NCBI GenBank assembly: GCA_003344405.1
Contig: NOWV01000003.1
Span: 248,001-312,000, forward strand
Reading direction: 5' to 3'
Source of the DNA: Trichoplax sp. H2
Taxonomy: Eukaryota
DNA length: 64,000 nt
The position numbers were made by a program, and so were the translations under genes. The notes under the pieces are model-generated. The model did no database searches. It was not told where the DNA came from and was given only the letters and a program-made list of their open reading frames with translations. Within the stretch, counting starts at the first letter, position 1; every line of letters begins with the position of its first letter. Below, in pieces: positions 34,304 through 45,384 of the stretch.

Positions 34304-34858
34304 TTAATCAATTCCACTGAAAAGGTCAAAATCTTCTGATTGTTCGTCAATCCGACAACGCAAATATCTGGGCATTTCAGATTTAAGATCCGCTATTGTT
34401 ACGTTCTCATTTGCTTGAGATTTAGAGAGATTTACTTGTGAAGATTGTGTAGAAGACCGACGAGACGGTGGACAGTATACCGTCGTAACCGTATTAACTT
34501 GTTCTCTATCATTTAACTGATCATGTAATCGTGATGAATCGGTTAGAGATACAACTGGTGCTGAGCTTCGGCGGCCTTTTGATTTCGATTTGAAGTCAAG
34601 AAATTCACTTTTTAATTCATCATTACCATCAGCAAGTTCATGCCTTAAATTCCTTTGATTTTCATCGACATTCTGTAACTGTTTGTTCACGGCTTTTTCT
34701 AACTTTAATAATTTCTGATTAAGTTTCTGAGAACTATTAAAATTTTGACGATCAACGGTCTTTTTAGGAATAACCTGTGCTTGAGAAATATTCTTTGTTA
34801 CGTGCGTGCACGATAGATCATTTTTACCATTAGTCGGATGTTTACGGCTAGTATTCAT
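34304..34858 (-). CDS. Hypothetical 184-aa protein, single coding exon, predicted coiled coil plus Ser-rich region
   Basis: A 555-bp ATG-initiated ORF in AT-rich DNA, with a heptad-like segment (LNQKLLKLEKAVNKQLQNV) and an acceptor-like TTTTAG just upstream. No family recognised. Confidence 0.55.
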   Translation of the reverse strand: MNTSRKHPTNGKNDLSCTHVTKNISQAQVIPKKTVDRQNFNSSQKLNQKLLKLEKAVNKQLQNVDENQRNLRHELADGNDELKSEFLDFKSKSKGRRSSAPVVSLTDSSRLHDQLNDREQVNTVTTVYCPPSRRSSTQSSQVNLSKSQANENVTIADLKSEMPRYLRCRIDEQSEDFDLFSGID

Positions 34859-37800
34859 GGTTATTGCTTTTAAGAATTAGGAATCTTTAAACTAAAAATA
34901 TACAAAAGATGTTTTAAGCTTCATAAAAGTAAATACTAGTCCAATAGATTAAGCATTGACTGAATGATTTATGTTTAAGAAAATTTGCAATTTCGTAAAA
35001 ATTATCAGCACTCTAGCATTTGTAGTAGCAGTACCACCTTATACTTAAAAGTTTTTACAGCATAGCTTATTGCTGAAGGTATGATGCAGACTTTGCTAAT
35101 GGAAACTGCAAGCACTCGTAGAAAAAAATTTATTAATTATCGGCAAAGCCAAAGACAACAGCCAGATCAAGCTAGAACATATAATTTCTCATGAAAATCT
35201 GATGATTTCAGTGACAATCGCAAATAAATTTAGATACATACCCGCTTTAGTATTACTGTATTTTATAGAGTAGAAGATTATCATACCTAAAAAGCTTACG
35301 TATCTAGGATAAGCCTATCATATTTTCTAATAAATCACGAAAATACCGTAGGCTATTCGAGCACTTAGTTCTATATATGTCCTTATATACGCATACAGTA
35401 CCGTGTACTTCGCTATGAAATATCACGGCTAATAACATTAATAAGTACATTAAAGTACGAATCAATATTGCAAGAGCGCCTCCATAAGAATAGTAAAATA
35501 TCGATACAATTTACTCATGTAGTTCTTGACTACTGCTAAGCAGGTTATTTATCCAATATCCTGAAATTTTGGATCACGTCGATAAACCGTAAACAGGAAT
35601 ATCAGTGATTTACTAATTATCATAGTCACGAAGTCTCAATGCGCACTTAAATGATTCACGTCAATTTGGTTTTATTTTGTTTTTATCAAACTAGCACAAC
35701 TGAATCCGCTTGTACTTAGTGATAATTATAATTAATTTACGATAGTAATCTATCTTGCGATACAGGAAAAAGAAACAAAATTAAAATTTTAAATGTACGA
35801 GTATACGCTGTATGCAGCAATCGAAATACTGAATCTTAAAGCAATCTTGCAAAATATTCGCATATTTATCGATGTTATCATAGAAAACGGTGCTGGTTGT
35901 AGCTTAGTGTATGATTAACCATTATATAAATATCAAATTATTTCGCTATCTTTTAACGGAAGCACAAAACTTGCTGAAGAAATATAACTTACTAATTAAG
36001 TATTTGATCATTTAATCATTTTACCACATTAATTCTATGCAGTAAGATCATAAAGCGAATTTAAAACATGCTGATAATAAATTCTGACATTATCAATGCA
36101 ATATCAGTTGCCTTATCTTTGTTAAAGAAATCATGTTGATAATGATGAAGAAAAAGGCTTATTATATTTACTGAAACAATGGATTCTTAATCACTCTAAT
36201 AACTCCATTCAGTAACTTATTCAGTAGTGTCAATTAAGAATTTAAGCCAATTAGTTATTTACAGTAAATTAATTAATTGTTATCTTAGTTTGGTAACTTA
36301 CATCAGTACTACTTCGTCTCGACGCTTTATTTCTCCTTGATTTATATTTATACAATACAGAAATGTAAATTTACTGAGATAATTCAATCACAATGAAATA
36401 AAATCCCATGATATGAATTTATATGTATGCTATTAAAATTAACTACTATAACCAGTAGTTCATGTTCACTAGCAATGAAGCAATTTGAAACAACCAGAAA
36501 GCACAGATACATAGAAACTCTAGTTAGCCTCTCCTAAAATATCATCGGCGTAAAGAACATCATATACGCCGACAAAATACACTATAACACGCATAATTAA
36601 CTTAACGAGCTTGATAATTAGAGCTAAAACAAAAAACACGTAGACAAGTATAGACTCACAATATTCAAGTTATGACCCTGCTTGGGCAACGTTGTGGACG
36701 CTTTCATATTAATCTGGTAAACTCTATCTCCTTTACTTTGCACCATAGATAACTAAAGATTGAAGAGCACTGGAATCATATAGCTTACAATGAATAAGTT
36801 AAACAGTAATTGAAGCATGACTACTAAACGTAACATGTGACTGACATTAGCTTCATGACAACAAAAAATGCTTTACCATTGATGTAGCCAGCATCCATGT
36901 GACTTAGTTATCTTTAACACTAGTACAGTACAGTACTATCACCACTGAGAACTCACAACACTCTATCTAACTTTATACTGAACTCCCTATTCTATTGTGT
37001 ACAGAACTGATTACTCTCAAGAAAGCTCGCCAAACCGTTGCACCCTGTATTGTAGTATGAAGTTAAAGTACAGCAGGTCGGGAGAATTACACTACATCTA
37101 CAGTAACTGCGGTGTGTAACATGTACACTGCATTTGGCTTCCGATATTTACAATAGACAGAAATGTTGCTAAAATAAAACAGAACATTAATATTTCAGAG
37201 CATAGTTGCCAATTTCAAGGGATTAATCAAATCTAAGATTTATATACAGGATAGGTAATCAGAAATTCTGAGCAAAAGAGGCATCTGATTTGCTGGCGAA
37301 TATGGACACAGAGTCGGTCACCACACAAGGAAATCATTGACCTTAATCATGCAGCGACAATCAATTTATAAAATCAATTTATAGTAAACTGGGATTACAA
37401 ATAATTTCAATGCATGTAATGTTTAGGCCAGATGATTCTGGATACAGCCATATACCCACACTTTTGCCATAAAAAAGGTTAAACAAACCGAAGTACCTAT
37501 CAAATTCCAACCTCTACAGTGAGCAGAAAGTACTGTACGGTACAACATAAAATTTCATTTGATTTGATATATCTGAATTTACTCTTACGAAGACGGATAA
37601 TTCTACAATTTATCAAACCAGCTTAAAATACAGCAGCAGTTAGACAACGTTGCAAATGTGTTTAACGGTAAAATATAAATACCCTGTTTGGAAATTACAT
37701 CACCATTTATTGTACCCAAATATTGAACTTCGAATGAACTAGCATTGTTTGTGAATATCGATTGAAAAAGTTGTACGTATGGACTATAAACCAACATTAG

Positions 37801-38215
37801 CATACAATCTGTCGCAGCTAACGTTGAGATGTTAATAGGATCTTTTAACTATATAAAACTAGTTATTGTACAGACTCGTATGTGTAAAATATAGGTATAA
37901 TGGTGAGCTTGTTAATAAGCTATGAACGTAATAAAATTACAATTTATGACTAAAATTTATATCAAATTAATTTATAATTTTATACGATAATTTTGCGACA
38001 TAATTTTAATAAAAATTTTAAAATAAGCCTGAATATCATACAAATGAGCCTGTGAGAGCTAAGGGTATAGGCCTAAAAAGCGAAAAGCACAAATACGACA
38101 TCACAATAACAGTACAACATAGTATAATTGTGCCATATATCAAATAAACCATTGTGTTAGTGCGTACAGCAAAAAATTTACAAATTTTTAGCATGTTATA
38201 TCACTAGATAATAAC

Positions 38216-41200
38216 TCAGGTACTGCGTCTCTTAATAGAGTATTTTCCATTAATCAACTGGGTAATGGAAATTCTCATTTTGGATCCATCGGCAGTTTTT
38301 TTTACCAAGAACTAAAGATATTGATTCCAGGAGAAAAATATATGAATAATTCATTCGATAACATTATCGAAAAATAATTAAATGAAATTTTCTGTATCCT
38401 ATACCTCATTATGACCGATGGAACTCAATATACCACTGCAAGATTGAGAAAAAATAAAATAATTAGGATATTTATAAAGCCCTTCCAGCAATGAATAGGA
38501 ATACCTAATACGCGCGGTATCTTTTCCTTCAATATATACATGTTGACCGCGATGATACCTTGAGATGAAAGAAATCATTCACAACTTACAATTGGAATCC
38601 ATACATGAAGATCTACAATTCAATTGATGACCTACCATCTTTTCTCATAAAATAATTTACCATCTTCTATTCGCGCTTCTGCTGAAATAGAAACATCGGA
38701 TGCTGCTTTTTGATAATTATGCAACATATGAGATACATTGCCCAACGATATTATCGTCACGTTATCCAAATAATTCCTGCATTTATCTATGGCTCACCTT
38801 TACTATTTATTGGTTTGGACTAAGCATAGAAGAAACGTAAAGTGAAGTAACATTAGTAAAGGCGAGCATGACGTATTAAGAAATTAGCACGAAAAGAGAT
38901 ATTGTATAAATTCATTATAACAAGAATACCTTCTGTAATAGCTTTAAATCATCAAGAATTTCCTGTTCTGAAATCTGAAGGTTGATTTGAAGTGTGTTGG
39001 TTATGGAAAATACTTACGGACAATATTGAAATCGCTTTATAAACATATTGTAAGAGTAGCTTAAGAAATTCTAAGTACAGACAGTGTAAGATATTTTGAT
39101 TTTGTTTCTTTCTCTTTTCCTGAGTGGGCCCCGAGTCGTTCATTTTACGACGCAATTTGCGTGTAGGTATAGTTCGAAATTCTGCCTCTACAGTAGCCGA
39201 TAGTTACATCACATTTTTTACTTTACGATTAAGTTAGTAAATCAAAACTCGAACCGACGTTAGCAGGCAATAAATGACGTATGTTTTATTTAACATGCCT
39301 GAATTTCCAGTTATCTCCATAACTTGGCGTTCAGCATCTACAGTTCGTTTCTTATCCTGTAAGTCACTAAGGATTGAATCTTTTAATTCTTTAATCAGGT
39401 TCTATATAAGAAACGAAGTAATCTTTTAAAATTAAATGTACTACAGATCACAGGATAAAGTATAAAATCCCTTTTACTATGTTTAGCTTTACAATTATTC
39501 TCTGACCATACGTAATACTGAAGTTCTAGATTTAAAATTCTAATCTAACACGCAATATTAGTCCGAAGCCATTTGCTATCACCTTCGGCATCTACAATAT
39601 GCCCCTAATATATGCAAACCTCATGATCTGCTAACGAATGCTCTCGTTCCTGTTGATGTTCTTTTTCAATCATGGCAACCTGAAGAGTTCGCATTTTTTA
39701 AATTTAAGAAACAGTTTTATGGAATACAACTGCTGATATAACATCCACGATAAGTCGCGGAATATGACAAGTTGGAAGTGATTAAGTACAAAATTAACAT
39801 AGCACAATCAACAATGGTATTGTATGGAGCACTGGTTACCTCATAATCTCTACTAATTTCTTCGCTCGCACAGTCAAGTACAGAAGAAAAGATTAAATTA
39901 AATTAATCACAAATCTGACATTTGCATCAATTTCCACCAGGAATGCTGTAAAGACTATTTGAACGAGTTATCCAAAGTAACTTTGTAGAACGTCATTACC
40001 ACATACTATGATACGAATGTTATATATTCTTACTCGCGAAAAACGTTCTTTCATCTCTCATTCGTTCTAATTCTCTCAATCTTTTCAAATATTCCGGATG
40101 GACACCTTAAGACAGCGATGAGATATTGACGAAATCGTTGTAACATCGAAGTAAAGCTTTATAACGTCTTAATTTAAAACAGAGATAATTTAGAGATTCT
40201 ATACATTAACTACAAGTTGTCAATAGGAGTACAGTATGGTATTTTATATTCTAGAATATGAAGCGGACTCGACCGTACATAACCAGTACCAAAATCAGCT
40301 GTAAGCAGCACGATACTATTCAATCACTTCTCTACGATGAGATACCTAAAATTCGTTTATATGTGCTGTTTTAACAAGCTATAATAAAGTATTGTCGCTA
40401 CATACCATCACGAATCTGCTGTAGCTCTTCTTTAAGGCTCTTTAATTTTTCTTTGTACATGCTATTTAAATTTAGAGATATTTATAACCCTGTATTGCCT
40501 GAGGATGATACGAGAATGCATACTACACAGTACACAGGCTTAAAAGTTTAGACCCCGATTTATCTCACAGAAGTCTTACATTTCCTTTAATTCAGCGAAA
40601 TCTTCTTCCATTTTTGCTTGATCAGTTTCACTAGCATCTTCAGTATCTGAAGAATTCGAGCTATGTTTAGTCAAAACCAAATCTATGATTATACAGGCAT
40701 TTACGTTAAATCACTCGGAAGTGAGGACATGATGAATACAGGTATTCATTCAAATATCACTGTAACACCACAGCTTTACTACACTAAAGTTGGTGGCCGA
40801 TGCAAATTGCTATCTACTGCATTAGTGGTTCTAACATTGTAACCCTAAGCTGGGTGTTGGTGGTCCGTCAGAAACAGTGTAATCCCAGAATTTAGGTGCA
40901 TTTTTGAGTTAATGATATATACTGTTAAAATTTTAGTCAAAAAGTTGAAGCGAGGTACAAGTATTTTGCACTTATTATAACCCTTTCGCATGGAACAAAA
41001 GTAGTGATTAGCAAAAGAAAAATCTGAACACCAACAAAATAGATACACGATAATGTAAAGTCGAAATAATTAAGTCAGATAAACTAAAATGGATGTGTAT
41101 CATAAAGATATGTTTTAAATAAATTATAATTATAATTAACAGTAATGATAAAAAATTGAATACTCTACAGCATGTTGCAGATATAACAGCACTAAATTTC

Positions 41201-41387
41201 ATTTCTTACAAGTCGCGGATTAACTACTACAAGTACGCGTACATTATCGACATTGATCCATATATTACATGATGTGAAAGCAATTCGACGAAGCTACAGT
41301 GGTATGGATTTTAAACTAACCTTCGTCCGATTCATAAGCATAGGAATCGCTACCTTCAACATCTTCTGGATAAATTCGATCTCCCAT
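38216..41387 (-). CDS. SUDS3: Sin3-HDAC corepressor complex component SDS3, multi-exon
   Basis: DEDTEDASETD, MYKEKL, HPEYLKRL, TRKLRRK, EQEILDDL, EARIEDGKLFYEKRWYHRGQ and KKTADGSKMRI match the SDS3 sequence order. ATG at 41387, TGA at 38218-38216. Confidence 0.93.
38992..39094 (-). other. Probable U12-type AT-AC intron in SUDS3
   Basis: 5' ATATCTTAC, branch-like TTTTCCATAAC (39010-39000), and AC about 10 nt downstream. No AG acceptor precedes the conserved QINLQISEQEILDDL block. Confidence 0.7.
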
Positions 41388-41469
41388 TTTGAATTTTCTT
41401 TTTTTTCTAAGTTCAGGGGTTCAGTTGTAACGACTCGTAACAAGTGGAACAACATACAATATTTATCGA

Positions 41470-42180
41470 TACTACAGTACTGTATACCAGTACTCATAGT
41501 TCAACGGACTCCAACCAGCGATACTGTACTGTACTGTACGGTACTGTACAGTACATTAGAGTACAGTACAGTACAGTACATACAATGTGCCCGTACAGTG
41601 CTGTATGTAATATATTCTGTTGTATGCAGAGACGTACAATACAACTCACAGTCAAGAAAACTATGTTTATTAAAGAAAGACAGAGAGGATAACAAGAGAG
41701 AGACTACCGTTAGCAAGAGATGCGCTCATTTATATAGCGATCTCTGAGCCTGTTGACAGGTAAATAGTATAGCGTAAACAGGTTAGATCTAGAGACACTC
41801 TACAGTATGTACTGTACTATACTGTACACTACACAATGTTCTTAGTGTAACTGTACAGTATTAAATTAAATCTAAATCTATACTGTATGCTGATCTGACT
41901 CTAACGTTAACGAAAAGTGAGTAAGTCTACAGTATACTGTATTTGCACATATACTGAACGTAGTACAAATATCGCTTATACTGTACAGTATCATCTCCCG
42001 TAAAATATGTTTATAATACTGTACCTCAAGAAATTAATGCACACCTCGAAAATGTAATTATTTTAAAAATAATTTTATAAAAATAAATAAAAATGCTGTA
42101 CAGTACAGTAGTATGAAATTATATTATCAGTACAGAGTTTGACTTGTACAGTACTGTATACAGTATACTACTACTGTAGA
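41470..42180. repeat. ACAGT pentamer arrays upstream of SUDS3
   Basis: Tracts at about 41470-41600, 41800-41850 and 42095-42180. Confidence 0.8.
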
Positions 42181-42885
42181 ACTGATAGAAAATAAATTGC
42201 AAGAAACGTACTGTAATAAAAAGGCTAGCAGTCATAACCAATGTTGTAGCCATAGAGATATTTAAGAAAAAACCTTTCTTATATCATTAAAATTATCGAA
42301 TCATGGTATTAAATCTGATTTGGAATGATTTACGATTAAGTCTCGGCACAGTCCAATCCGGTATTTAAGTAATTATGTAACTACTTTTGACTATGATCAA
42401 GTGGAGTCGTGTTTGAAACATTTTGGATGTACACTATTATAATAATTAATTATTAACTTAAGATAGTACGTAGTGCATGCCACGGGTTTCACAAGTTTCT
42501 ATAAATATGAAATTCGGTTTAGGTGTTGAAGAGAACATTCGTGGTTGCTTAGAAATAAACTTTAGTTACCGTACACAGCCATTGTCTGCTTTTATGTAAG
42601 ACTTAAAATACTAATCATAGAGATGATCTAGTACTTAGTTGCTTCAGGTTTGTAAACGCTCAGAGGCTTAATTAACTACTTTAGTGCTTAGCTTCATCAA
42701 TGGGACGATTGAGAAATTTATTGGTGATCAATCTCGTAGTAATCGTTAGTCGTTTGTGTTGCAATCGTAGTTTAACACCAACTGTTTGACTTTGTGGGGT
42801 GAAATTTTATCTGTAGGCGTCCCTCATCATGTACGCCATACGTCCTTATCATGGCTTCCTGTTCATGATTGTCTAACACTGGTAA

Positions 42886-42964
42886 GTACATTAGACACTT
42901 CAGATTTTAACTTAATGTTCATGGATTCTGAATATCAAGTTAAAATCTGAAGGGTCTAACGTAT
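42886..42964. repeat. 79-nt near-perfect hairpin (inverted repeat)
   Basis: TTAGACACTTCAGATTTTAACTT (42891-42913) pairs with AAGTTAAAATCTGAAGGGTCTAA (42937-42959) with one mismatch. The stem extends further with G-U pairs around a 7-nt loop. Confidence 0.8.
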
Positions 42965-43050
42965 ATGTACAAAAATGTACATACTAGCAGGTAATAGTAT
43001 AAGTACGAACTCGTATATTAAGCATGGCATAGTGTACACTATTGCAAGAC

Positions 43051-43640
43051 TGTCATGTCATTTTACTGCGCCCAAGGGTTTGGTTTCTTCCAGTGATAGC
43101 TAGTCTACATTCAAGATTACATTTAGTAAGTTGAAAATTATTAATCTACAATTGCAGTTAGTAAGTTGAAAATTATTAATCCAAGGGTTTAGTTTCTTCT
43201 AGTGATGGACTGGTAAGGATAATCCTATCCGAACCAGAAAGAAAGTGCACGAGTCAGTCCTACTCCTGAGTTGAGTCGTACCGATCGCGCCGATGGCAGT
43301 CTGCGTTCAAGATTGCATTTAGTAAGTTGAAAATTATTAATCTGCAACTCTCCTTCCCTCCCTAAAAAAGTCCCGACCTTTATACCCGTAGGGTGTCTGC
43401 AGAATCTACAGTAAGCCTTCCTAATACTTGGAAGTCCTATCCATAGAGGTACTTATGGTCCTAACATAGCTATTCTGTGTCATAGACTTTGAATTAATTA
43501 ATTAATCTTAGCTTTTTCGAATCTCAGTGCAAGCAGTAGTATAAGTCTGGAAGTCCTAACCACAGAGGTTCTTCCCTATAGTCCTAACATAGCTATTTTG
43601 TATTGTACAAGCAGTAGTATTGTATAAGTCTTTTTGTACA
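43051..43640 (-). mobile_element. Repeat-rich, LTR-like transposon relic (boundaries uncertain)
   Basis: Three exact 24-bp copies of TTAGTAAGTTGAAAATTATTAATC (43123, 43158, 43319), two further duplicated blocks, a minus-strand TATAAAG followed by a purine run, and TG...CA candidate ends. No convincing target-site duplication. Confidence 0.35.
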
Positions 43641-44628
43641 GTCTGGATATACTTTTAGCAGTACTTCGGTCTAATAAATTTACAAGTACTATATATAGTA
43701 CGGACATACCATCAATACAGTAAATAGCATTTGGCTTCAGCGCAAGTTCAAAACTTGATTACTTATTCATTTTAATACTAGAGTAATATAAATGTATACT
43801 GTATAGATATATGTATAGCCTGTAAATCCATTTCTTTAGTGATTTTACTATATATAATACAGTAGCTACTTAAATACTTTTACTTAAAATTAGGTTGGAA
43901 TGAAACAGACGCTTATTTAATTCCGAGAGATAAAGCTCAAAGTTCGAGAGCTGAATTTGTTAAATCATTTTACTTGATTAATGGTATACGGGCATGAGAT
44001 GATTGTAGACCTGGTATTGCAGTAATTATATAATTACAAACGTAACAATATCACGAGATTCCCCTTTCATAAATTCGGTATATCTTATAAATAATGTATA
44101 AATGTTAGTTTGACGCTCTAAGTATATATTAATGGAACCATTAGCGCTATATGATACTTAAATCAGCAATTTATACAGGTACATATGATTATACGGGTAT
44201 ATATATAATTAATCAATTAATTATTATTATAATACTGTATATACCAATTTACAGTAATAGTAATCTCTTTGCGCTACAGCACCAGCATCGCTTAGGTTTA
44301 TCACTTAAACTAATTTTTCATCCATCTATGTAGACAATCTATTCTTTACCGCAACAATATTGCTATGGTCTGTTACTGGACTTAAGTTCTCGATAGTTTA
44401 ATCGGTAATCTTGTTTGTCGTGACAAACAAGATTCATACCGATTAAACAAAAGGTACGCAATATTAGTAGAAAACTGAGCGGCTTTTCATAACTGAGCAT
44501 TTCAACTTGATAGTGGGGCAATGTTCTAATTAAATTATAACATTTACTCCAGATGTAGAAACAACGTAAATGGCATAGAGTTAAACATTACATGGCATAA
44601 CAGGAGTAAATTTATTATTAGATTTAGG

Positions 44629-45366
44629 TTAGGCTTCTCTCAACTTTAGATAATAATAGAACGTCAGAATAATTCCAATAGCTTGGATAAAACCCAATGC
44701 GAAACAAACACCACCGATTACATACACATTTTCATCAACAAACTCCGACAGTGCTGTCCCACAGCCCTTATAGTAGATGTTCGATGGACTTGTCGTAACA
44801 ACACAACTGCGAGATACTGTTATACAGCAACTTTCTGGAACGAAGTTTCTATCATGCAGTGACTCATTCTTACGCCATAGTGAGTAGCGCCAATCCATCC
44901 AAGATTTGGTACCACAACACTTTCTTCGCTGTTGAAGTCTATCTATGGAATTAGTTACCGGCTGATTAAATCCATACTGAGATGTTATCGTCAGATTTAG
45001 GCCGTTTTGAGCAGCAAGCATCATACTGTCGTGCTGACCATAGATAACACATCCAATAATAACCTCAATTAGAAATAGCGTGCTTAAAATGCCAAAATAT
45101 ACCAGAATTAAACGGCAGCTTCCACGATAAGACGCACCACAGCCGATAGCACCTAAAACGGCGATCACTAGTCCTCCTATTATTAGTAAAACTGAAGTAG
45201 AAATGTATCCTCCATCACCAGTATAGATATGAAATTCACTATTGGTAGCATTAATCCATGCTCCAAAAATCAGCATACTTAGACCACAAATAACAAGTAA
45301 GAAATTAAAAAAAATCGCTACACGTTTTGCATAATCCACCGCCGTCCACTTCGGTTTGCTGGCCAT
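44629..45366 (-). CDS. Tetraspanin, CD151/TSPAN11-like, intronless CDS
   Basis: Four hydrophobic TM segments, CCG motif, VPESCC and SNIY..GC in the large extracellular loop; 245-aa uninterrupted ORF. Confidence 0.92.
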   Translation of the reverse strand: MASKPKWTAVDYAKRVAIFFNFLLVICGLSMLIFGAWINATNSEFHIYTGDGGYISTSVLLIIGGLVIAVLGAIGCGASYRGSCRLILVYFGILSTLFLIEVIIGCVIYGQHDSMMLAAQNGLNLTITSQYGFNQPVTNSIDRLQQRRKCCGTKSWMDWRYSLWRKNESLHDRNFVPESCCITVSRSCVVTTSPSNIYYKGCGTALSEFVDENVYVIGGVCFALGFIQAIGIILTFYYYLKLREA

Positions 45367-45384
45367 GTTGTACTCACAATCTCA

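Noticed and set aside
40840..40849. TAACCCTAAG (also similar matches at ~9297 and ~11062) as a telomerase RNA template
   Set aside because: Short matches are expected by chance. The 9297 match is coronin coding sequence (ANPK), and no supporting RNA structure was seen at the others.
43123..43342. Three identical 24-bp direct repeats, superficially CRISPR-like
   Set aside because: Spacers are 11 and 137 bp, there are no cas genes, the context is eukaryotic, and the repeats are part of larger duplicated blocks.
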